Assembly: GCA_964016885.1 (NCBI GenBank)
Contig: OZ024742.1
Coordinates: 111,042,001-111,106,000 of the forward strand
Reading direction: 5' to 3'
Length of the DNA: 64,000 nt
Origin: Eledone cirrhosa
Lineage: Eukaryota
The notes under the pieces were generated by a model, which was not told the origin of the DNA, did no database searches, and saw only the letters and a list, made by a program, of their open reading frames with translations. This document shows, piece by piece, positions 54,265-64,000 of this stretch; the stretch's first letter is position 1, and the number at the start of each line of letters is the position of its first letter. A program made the translations under genes and the position numbers.

Positions 54265-56172
54265 CAGATATATTCCATTACTTAGTTTTTTGTTTGGGTT
54301 CTTTTGTTTGCCAACACTAATGTTGTCATTGGTTTTTGATGACTCTTCATTCTAGCTCTCATAATCATTTGGCCACTGTACCATATCTATGTCTTCACTA
54401 TTACACCTTGTTAGTATACATAAGATTACACACGTTATTATCTTTATATATTCTTTTATTATCATTAACTTTAATTTTTAATTTTAACATTATTTTTATT
54501 TTTAATTTTATTTTTAATTCTATTTTTATTTTTATTTCTAAGTCTATTCTGATTTATCTATCGAACCCCCCCCCCCCCATTCTCCCCCCCCCCCCATGCA
54601 CGCATAAACTTATTGTCAACCCCTCTAGATTGAATATGATTATATTAACCCCCCCCTCTTTTATGCTCTGTTCTATTATTTATTATAGTATATCGAATAT
54701 ATTTTATGCCACTTCGCACCCTCCATATATTTTGTCAATTCTGTCCCCATTAGCCTACCTTAACTCTACTTAAGTCAGTTTTTTAGATATCGTTGCGTAT
54801 ATGATAGTGTAATTTTATTCCTTTTTGTAAACATTTGTAACGATACATTAAAGTTTATATACTTTAATGACTTAGACTATAGCTAAATTTATACTACCTT
54901 ATCGGATGGGTTTGATATTTTTAATATTAATTTATCAGATAGGGTTTGGAGTCATTTAAAATGATCGCTTTCCTTGGTGTTTACCAAATTTCTTAATGCA
55001 CGCGAGGCCTAAGTGTGTATACATTTGCTTTGTTTTGTAATTTCCGGTTGATTGTATTTATTTGTTTTATCCTATATTCTATTTACTATTCACTGTCTGG
55101 CTTCGTTCACTCATCCACACATGTCTGTCTACTAACCTTGAAATTATAAGTATTTATTTATATATTTTATGCCAATTTTTAAAATATATTACATTATGAT
55201 ATAGATCCTTATTACTTACCGTTTATTATATATAACTTTATATATCATATAAGATGTGTGGATTTTTTTATTATTTTTATTTTTTAATATTTTAATATTG
55301 TAAAATGTAACATTATGGTATTTAGACTTTACATATCATGTTAGATGTCTGTATATTTTTTCTGTAACAACATATTTTTTCTGTAACATCATAATTGTTC
55401 CCTGTACCAATATAGTTTTTTTGAGTATTATTGTATTATATTATATGATTGATATTTCCTCATTTATTATGTAACCCAGGATGAATCATGTCGTACATAT
55501 TGTTTATGGTAATTGTTAATATAATGTTAACATTTTATCATTGTATTTCACTGTGACATCTATATTGTTTCTGTAAATTAACTGGGGATTATATATTCTA
55601 CTTTATTATATTGTATTGTATTATATAATTTTGTTGTTTATTATTTGTTATAAGTGTTTCTTGTAATTATATCATATTATTGCCTCATGTATATTGGGTA
55701 GATGTATTAGCATTATTTTCACTATTACCATGCTTATTTTTGATATTTTTGATGTTCAAACTTCCAATAGGGCTTAATTTCTGTGTAATAGAAAATAGAT
55801 ATGTGTATTGTAATATGTGTGTGTGTGTGTGTGTGTGTGCGCGCACATATATACATGTATATATTGTACCTTTTGATTTTTCATTTGGAATTTTAATGTT
55901 GGTATAGATATATTATTATTATAATGTATTATACTGTGTTATATATAATTCCTGCTCTATATAACCAAATTTGTTTAGATTTAAGCTGGTGACTTTGGAC
56001 TGTATTTTTAATATGGTTCTTAATGTTATCTACATCCTTAGTTATTATAATTTTATTATTTTTATCTTCATTTTTATTATCGTATATCTTTGTAAGACAT
56101 TAGTGTATGTAAACTCCATATTCTTCAGAGTTTCTGGCTTGTATCTGCCAAAATTACCTCTTGTTGTTTTGA

Positions 56173-56214
56173 TTGCCCTAATGAGTCCTTAATAGGACGA
56201 AACATTGTCGGCTA
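56173..56214 (+). ncRNA. Hammerhead ribozyme copy with a G5A core mutation
   Basis: gcc-CTAATGA-gtcct(taat)aggac-GAA-AC-att-GT-C-ggc. Confidence 0.8.
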
Positions 56215-56359
56215 ATAAAAAGTTTTGATGTATTAAAGGATTCTTTGTTTTACTCTCTTAACTTTTCGGCTCTGTTTAACTGCATTGAGCTATACCTTTT
56301 ACTGTCATTTCTATAATACGAAGAGGGTGTTTGACTCAAACACGCTCCAGTATTCTAAT

Positions 56360-56521
<162 letters not shown>

Positions 56522-56917
56522 GTATATAAATATATATATATATATATACACATATATATGTGTATTTAATATCGTTGAATACTCGATGAAGATTAGTGAA
56601 AGAGGGAGACACGTAAATAGAAATTACACATTCTGCAACTGATAATGGAAGATGAACCTATCCTCTTTAATGGCTAAATGTATTTTAGAATGCTTATACC
56701 ATTATTTATAAGTGCCAGATGCATTTGCTTCATAACTACATAGGCGCCTTCATAAATATTTTGAAGTTTACATATGTTGTAGGAATCTAGTTAAATATAT
56801 TATTAAATAGAAATATATGTATCTTGTCTCTAAGTCTGTGTATATGCGATTTTTTGTCTGTCTGTATGTATACATGAATGTATGTATGTATAATATATAT
56901 ATACAAATATCTATCTA

Positions 56918-57031
<114 letters not shown>

Positions 57032-57081
57032 CGTGTATGTAAGATATTATTCCAGTTTTCCAATTTATATATATATAAATT

Positions 57082-57230
57082 GGAAAAAGTATGATCCCGA
57101 CGGCAGAGCTCAAGCCGTTTCGACGACTATTTCTGGACTAATTTTCCTATTTCCCACTCTACTAGCCTAAATATTGAGTACTCTGGTGCGTTATGGTCCA
57201 TCTGGTTCCTTACCACAATTCCTTCGTTAT
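57082..57230 (+). mobile_element. Short pLTR-end family copy (17762/19791 family) with 5' inversion
   Basis: 57082-57138 is an inverted half-HHR; 57141-57230 is the sense tail. Confidence 0.78.
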
Positions 57231-57327
57231 ATATATATATATATATACATGTGTGTATATATATATATATATATACGTGTGTGTGCGTAACATTAGGGTT
57301 TTCCAATATATACATATATACACACAC

Positions 57328-57393
<66 letters not shown>

Positions 57394-57417
57394 GTATCTG
57401 TGTGTTTCTAAATATAT

Positions 57418-57917
57418 TGTTAATAACTCCCTCTGGTCGAGCAATCTTTGAAGTGTGGGGAGAGCTGGAAAGCTTCCATTACTCATACTTCTCGCCTTCT
57501 TCACCACCTCTTCTACGGCCTCGATATAAATACCCCCTCCGCCTCCGTGGTATTTTCTTCGGGGTTATAAGAGGCTTAGCTCTGTTTCTCGACCGTTATA
57601 TCGCGTGACTATCTCCCCCTCCGCCTTTTGGGATTCTTTCTCACGTCGTGTAGACGCGTTCTTGAGACTAGTAAAATGAGGTATCCTCTTGATAAGTCGG
57701 CAGACCTCGCAAGGACTCTATATCTTTATGATATATTGTTTTTGTTTATGCCACGAAACTACGTAGTCGAGGAATTTAGGAGCAGTTTAGGTATGATACA
57801 TTTTATTACTAATTATATCTAAATGTTTCTTCTCTCTTCATAATGTATTTTTAACTCTGATACTGGTTCAGTCTAGTTCAACTGAATTGGTCTGTCCCAG
57901 TCATTCATTGAGCAACA
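57418..57917 (+). mobile_element. Possible solo LTR
   Basis: Begins TGTT, has TATAAATA at ~57525, is locally richer in GC and ends AACA; no TSD or partner LTR confirmed. Confidence 0.25.
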
Positions 57918-58010
57918 TCGGTGAAGTTGGCACTCTTAACTCACAGTTGGGTGCGGATGCATTCATGTATATATGTGTGTGTCCGCATGTATCTGTGTGT
58001 TTCTATATAT

Positions 58011-58068
<58 letters not shown>

Positions 58069-58073
58069 ATATA

Positions 58074-58113
58074 GACAAAGAAGCCTTCAATACATCAAAA
58101 GTCTTTATTAGCC
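58074..58113 (-). mobile_element. 40-bp pLTR tip of the 50472-family PLE inside (TA)n
   Basis: acaaagaagccttcaatacatcaaaagtctttattagcc matches 50485-50523. Confidence 0.75.
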
Positions 58114-58121
58114 TATATATG

Positions 58122-58280
<159 letters not shown>

Positions 58281-58346
58281 GTATATGTAGATATATGTAT
58301 ATATATATATATATGTATATATAAATATATATATATATATATATAA

Positions 58347-58380
<34 letters not shown>

Positions 58381-58383
<3 letters not shown>

Positions 58384-58495
58384 TTGAAATAAAATGAAAA
58401 CTAAATTTCATTTCTCACTCTTAATACGGCATTTACTTAAATGTAAGTATGTGTGTATACGTACATACATATATGTATACAGACGTACAGTAGCA

Positions 58496-58567
<72 letters not shown>

Positions 58568-59196
58568 CAGGTACACATACATGTATGCACGTATCAGTTT
58601 AGCGGACGCATATTATAACACCGCTTTGTTCGTTTGTAAACAAACTGAACAGCCTGAATGTTTTATGCCGTACGGTGTTAAGGCAACCACGTCACCTTTT
58701 TGTTCAACACTGACACAGGAACGATGTACTAGTTTCAAGCTTGTTAGCTATCATCAGCACCGTATACCCTTCTACCAGATAGTTGAACGTTCGAAAGTAT
58801 ATACTTTCCTTATGAAAATTAACGGCTGAGCAGCCTAATTTGCATATCGAGTGAGTTAAGTCGGTCAGGCATACCGAAAAAGATAAGTTGAAATAAAATG
58901 AAAACGAAATTTCATTTCTCACTCTTAGTACGGCACTTACTTAAATGTAAGTATGTGTGTATACGTACATACATATATGTATACAGACGTACAGTAGCAT
59001 GCATATATATATATATATTTATACATACAGCTGTTCAGTTTGTTTACAAACGAACAAAGCGGCGTTATAATAAGCGTCCGCTAAACTGATACGTGCATAT
59101 ATGTATGTGTACCTGTATGTATATATATATATATATATATGCATGATACTGTACGTCTGTATACATATATGTATGTACGTATACACACATACTTAC

Positions 59197-59200
<4 letters not shown>
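58381..59200 (-). mobile_element. Retrozyme-like family: ~1.3 tandem units (period ~504 bp) plus inverted segment 59030-59200
   Basis: 'aagttgaaataaaatgaaaac.aaatttcatttctcactctta' at 58381 and 58885; homologous to 15815-16640. Confidence 0.82.
58721..58763 (-). ncRNA. Minimal hammerhead ribozyme
   Basis: Minus strand: acggtg-CTGATGA-tagc(taacaa)gctt-GAA-A-ctag-T-A-catcgt. Confidence 0.87.
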
Positions 59201-59256
<56 letters not shown>

Positions 59257-59399
59257 GGCTCGTTTCTAGGGCATTTTAAAGCGTCGTTGAGCCGATCCCT
59301 CTCCTTGATACTGAATATACCAGATTTCTTCCGGAGCAGGATAGTGAGTGAAAGAATGGAAGCAAGGATGAGACGCAGATGAAGAATTGGCCTCAGTAC

Positions 59400-60640
59400 T
59401 GGACTGGTGATTTTTGAAATCGAGTTGGAAAGGAAAAAATGCATGACCAAAGTCATTATAATCTTACATAACATTGTGAAAGCCTTTGTATACGATGACG
59501 GTAAATAATCAGTCATTTGATGTGAAACACAGTACAAAACAAGAATGTGTATTGGCCTAGGTGTTGTATGTTTTATTCGCTGTAATGCTACAATTCGTAT
59601 CCTTAGACGTTATTGAAGGTGTCCTATTGGAATACCAAACTACAGGAGTCATCTTCAACCAGCAACGTTTCAAAGCAAGGACTGGAATAGCGTGTCAAAC
59701 CTTATGCGATTTGCACTTTGCAGATGATTGTGCATTACTTGCACTTCATTGTTGATACCCTTGCTTCAGCAGATACAGCTTTCGGGCTTACAATAAGCAT
59801 AAGGTTATCTGAACTCATGTTTTAACCAAGGCCAGGAAATAGTCTCGGGACTCTGCCACGGATTTATGATGAAGGCAAAACTCTGAAGATAGTATTTTTA
59901 CATACTTGTATCAACTGTAATTAGTGATGCAAACTTAGGCAAAGAAAACTGAAATATGCATAGGAAAGGCAAGTTCAGCTTTTGGTAAACTTTATGGTAG
60001 TCTATGGAGCACTCACCTCGAGTCAATTAAAACAAAATCGATAAAATCAATAAAGCTATGGTAATTACAACTCTATTTTGTGGAGCAGAAGCCTAAACAC
60101 CCTATTGCAAACACATAAATAAGCAGTTTCCATGTGAGGTGCCAAAAGCAGATCTGTAATGAAAAATGGGATTATAAGGTAAAAATGAGCGAAGTGCTAT
60201 CACAATGCAATATTTTGGTTATAGAATTGTCTTGATCACATTTCAGATGAGTTGGCGTGGCTACGGTTTGAGAAGAATGATGAAAACATCACGAAGCAAG
60301 TCTTATTTGGTCAACTTAAAGGCTCTCGTAGAAAAATAGGCCGACTACGACTTAGGTATAAAGACAAGCTTAGGGACAATTTGAAACGCCTGAATATGAA
60401 TATTAACAGCTGGGAAAATAGTGCCAATAATAGGACTGAGGGGGAGAAAGGAATACCATATGAAACTTGTTAACTTTGTCAACTTCGTCATCGAGACCAG
60501 TTATATGTAAATCAAAAACACAATTATCAACATAACCCCGTTGTTGCAAACTTTCTATATCTTCATTACAATGTTTCAGGAAGGTCAAATGCTGGGCTCA
60601 AGAGTCATCTCATGACTCATATCATTCCTGCAAACTTGGA
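59400..60640 (+). mobile_element. Decayed RTE-clade LINE 3' half
   Basis: DLHFADDCALLA, FGLTISI, KASSAFGKL, KQVLFGQLKGSRRKIGRLRLRYKDKLRDNLK; many disruptions. Confidence 0.85.
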
Positions 60641-60828
60641 AAACTAGACATGTAGTAACTGTAACAATCCCTGTAAAATGCTAGACTTGAAATTACACAT
60701 GCGTGCTCACCAAATAGAATAACGTCGGGGAAAACCTGTTGCTGAAATCCACTAGCAGGTTCTTGCTTGGGATCTGCTTTTACCTTATCGTTTATTGTAC
60801 AGACACATCGTTTTCGACGGGAGAACGC

Positions 60829-60906
<78 letters not shown>

Positions 60907-60941
60907 ATATCTATCTATCTATCTCTCTATCTATCTATCTA
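60829..60941. repeat. (ATCT)n tetranucleotide microsatellite
   Basis: About 28 units directly abutting the Tx1-like element. Confidence 0.95.
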
Positions 60942-63900
60942 GAGGGGTGTAATAGCCTCAAAGGGTTAATCGGTCGATTTTACCTGGCCGATAGATATCG
61001 ACTAGATTTTCCTACTGCGCCAACCTGGACTTGGGCAAATCGTAGCGGATCATCTAGGTCGTACCTAGATAGGTTCTTAGTTAGAATTAAGGATAAGGAC
61101 TTTTTAAGTTGTCCAAAAATGCGCATGGTTGGCTATTCCGACCACAAGTTAGTGACCTGCATGATCAACCTTGACAGAACTCATAGACAGGGACCCGGTT
61201 ACTGGAAGCTCAACTTGTCCTTACCGGCAAGTAAGGCTTACAGGGACCGGATTAGCACTTTAGTTAAGGAGCGGTTGACGGGCGCCATCGTCAACAGCAG
61301 GTGGTGGGGATCGCTCAAAAGAGAGATTAGAGTAGTCTCGATAGAATTTAGTAAGGAGTTAGCCTCCAATAGAAATAGGAAGGAAAGGGAGTTGGTAGAT
61401 AGTGTAGAAGAGGCAATTAGAAGCCGCGACGTGGCCAGAGTGCTAGCGTCGAGAACGGCCCTGGGCCAGTTCTTCGACGCGAAACACGAAGGCTGCATCG
61501 TCCGAAGCAAAATACGTGCTCTGGGAAACGAGGGGACCAAAGCTGTTAGCTGGGCCCGCGTGACAGAAGCCAAAAGAGGGAGCAGATCCACTATCCGGTC
61601 TTTGCGAGACCAGGATGGACGGGTGATCCTTGAACCTAAGCATATGTGCGAGGCTTTTCAAAAGCACATTGCCGGATTGTTCGGAAGGGGCGGGGGCCGG
61701 TTGGGGACTTGGACTTCGGTCCATACCTCGACGGCCTGCCGCGTCTCTCGGACAGGGAGGCGAAGTCCTGCGAGGAGCCGATTTCAGCCGCTGAGATAGA
61801 GGACGTGCTGAGCCAATGCGGCAAACGCAAATCCCCGGGTCTCGATGGTCTTCCATACGAACTATATCTAGCTATGCTTACCGGACTTGTTCCCCGATCA
61901 TCTCGAGGCGGTCTACTGCAACTGGCAACAGAACGCGAGAATTCCCTGTGCTGTGACCAAGGGCGTAGTCACGCTAGTGAGGAAGGACGAGAACAAGGGG
62001 GACGATATAAATAATTTCAGGCCCATAACTCTGCTAAATACAGAGTTACAGATTTTGGCCAAGGTGCTAGCAAAGAGGTTGGCGTTTGTCGTGGGCAACC
62101 TGGTGGGAGATGCGCAGACATGTGCTATCCCGTCCAGGTCCATCCACGATAACCTCCACCTCATGCGATACATCATAGAGAGGGTTTGGAACGAACCCGG
62201 CTTTGGTGGGGCCCTGATCAACTTGGATCAATCTAAGGCATTCGATAGGGTCGACCATGGTTACCTGGATGCGGTGCTAGCGGCGGCAGGCTTCGGACCT
62301 GTTTTCAGGGGCTGGATCAATGCCATGCACAGCAGCCGCATCTGCTCTAGGGTCAAGGTGAACGGCTACCTCTCGGAGCCGTTCGAAATCGCGCGGTCCA
62401 TCCGACATGGGTGCCCTGTCTCCTCCCTTCTGTATGTAATGACTCTAGAGCCACTGCTGCGGAAGTTGGAGTTGGAACCGGGATTGCGGAAAGCGGTGTC
62501 AGCCTACGCCGATGACGTAACAGTAATGGTGTCGACGGCCTCGGAAATCGGGGCGATCGGCACCTTATTGGAGGAGTACGAAAGGTTTACAGGGGCTAAG
62601 ATGAACCGGGACAAGTCGATCGGTCTGCAACTCGGCACGTGGAGGGGCAGATCGATGCCCTCCGATGGCGTCGTCGGGCGCTGGACGGAGGGCCCGGTGA
62701 AGTTGCTCGGGGTCTGGTTCGGACCAGACCTCCAGGTGGAGAAGAACTAGGGTGAGGTGACGAACAGGGTGTTTGCACTGACCCAGAAGTGGGCCGAGTG
62801 CAAACTGTCCCTGAAAGGTCGGGCGGAGGTGGCGAACACTTATATAGCGTCCGTCATCTACTACCGTCTGACCGTTGTGCCTTGCCCAAGGGAAACGCTC
62901 GCCAAAATGGAGCGCGCACTCTTCCAATTCCTTTGGAAGAAGCGGGCTCCTATGGTGAGGAGATCCATCTGCTGTCAACACCCTTCGAAAGGAGGGCTGG
63001 GAATGCCGTGGCTAATGATACGTAAACACGCATTAAGGCTACGGCACCTTCAGGTATTCCGCTCCGGTCAACCGGTGTGGGCCCCGTTTGTGAGGCGAGC
63101 CTTTCCCAGACTCGTCTCACTCACCGAGCTGCAATCCTGGGTCAAGCAAAGACCGAGAAAACTGGGCGCCTGGCACACCGAGTGTGCCCAGGCGCTCACG
63201 GTTCTCTGGCAGGCGGACCCGGCTGTCAGTGGAGAATCCACCTCGTCATTCTATAGAGGGCTGGTGGTTAGCAGGTGCGACGACGCCCTCGGAGAAGCCC
63301 TAGGCATGGAGGAAGACGAACTGGCCAACCTGTTCGGTAGGACATTCAGCCCGGGACCCATGGACAACTTCCAGAGGTCCCTGGCCTGGCAATGCCACAG
63401 AAGGGCTCTGCCCGTTCGAGAAATGCTCTACAGACACGGGCGCCCGGTTAGGTACCCATCGAAAAAGATCTGTCCCAGATGCGTGTGCGACGAGGAAACC
63501 GTTGCACACGCATTGGTACACTGCTCGGGCATTGCCGATCTGTGGGGCTATGTCGAACAACTGCTGTCAAGGGTGGGACCGATCCGGTTGACCACCGAGT
63601 CTATTGTAACGATCAAGCCGCCTCCCCTCTTTAAAAACGAAGGAGAGGCGGTGTTTCTGTGCGTAATAGCCATGGCGAAAGAGGTTGTATGGTGGACGCG
63701 TCTGAAAGGACTGATGTCAGACACCTTTCTCTCTGGCCAACAACTGGTCCGTTTCTTCCGATATCGGAAGAAGGATCAGGATGGAGAGAGAGGTGCTGCA
63801 CCCCAGCCGTTTCTATGAAAGATGGGTGAAAGTGGCGAGAATGGCCCGTGTGAATGGGCCTTCACTCTACATCAGACTATAGGTGAGGAAGATGAAAGAC

Positions 63901-64000
63901 CAAGGGAGCACCCCTTCTCTGTGCTCCTGAGGAGAAGGGTTGCACACTTTTCTCGGGGGTGTGTGCGACCCCCAAGGCGCCTCCTCTCTATTGAGGACTT
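60942..64000 (+). mobile_element. 5'-truncated Tx1/L1-clade LINE ORF2 (APE C-terminus, RT, zinc knuckle) with frameshifts and a stop; 3' UTR runs off the window
   Basis: WTW...SYLDRF...SDHK, GPGYWKLN, KSPGLDGLPYELY, NFRPITLLN, LDQSKAFDRVDH, IRHGCPVS, AYADDVT, GGLGMP, CPRC...ETVAHALVHC; markedly higher GC than the flanks. Confidence 0.92.

Larger units (their letters stand above)
50472..56310 (+). mobile_element. 5'-truncated Hydra-clade-like PLE with a giant inverted duplication (arms 50472-52827 and 53903-56261)
   Basis: Arms are near-identical reverse complements; the spacer encodes RT thumb/linker (SNHPKS, FNPPYN, KLSFSTTPN, CNCRVSANCPLNSNC); ~2-kb AT-rich 3' UTR. Confidence 0.93.

Noticed and set aside
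60795-60941. N-terminal (IYLS)n extension of the LINE ORF
   Set aside because: Read-through of the (ATCT)n microsatellite upstream of the truncation point.

Overview
AT-rich eukaryotic (animal) intergenic or intronic DNA, saturated with (TA)n/(CA)n/(TC)n microsatellites and made almost entirely of transposable-element sequence. The tRNA-derived SINE resembles one I associate with octopod/coleoid cephalopods (inference only). No intact host gene, rRNA, tRNA gene or CRISPR array is supportable, and most ORF-track entries are microsatellite read-throughs. Penelope-like retroelements (PLEs) dominate. One is a young, apparently complete element (20116-26517, minus strand) with ~1-kb pseudo-LTRs, a coiled-coil ORF1 and an intact RT + GIY-YIG ORF2 in the -1 frame, joined by a correctly phased U_UUU_UUA slippery heptamer (candidate programmed frameshift). 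There are also several Hydra-clade-like PLE fragments, one with a 2.35-kb inverted arm, and many non-coding derivatives. About 20 type I hammerhead ribozyme (HHR) motifs from roughly 10 sequence families could be folded by eye. They include a tandem, circularly permuted ~440-500-nt retrozyme-like family. Several insertion ends and fold-back junctions fall at or within the ribozymes. Also present: three non-autonomous Helitron-like elements, CRE-clade, RTE-clade and Tx1/L1-clade LINE relics, a bipartite RTE derivative, SINEs, and possible decayed exons of a four-transmembrane (MS4A/CD20-like) host gene. All calls come from manual reading; no searches were run.
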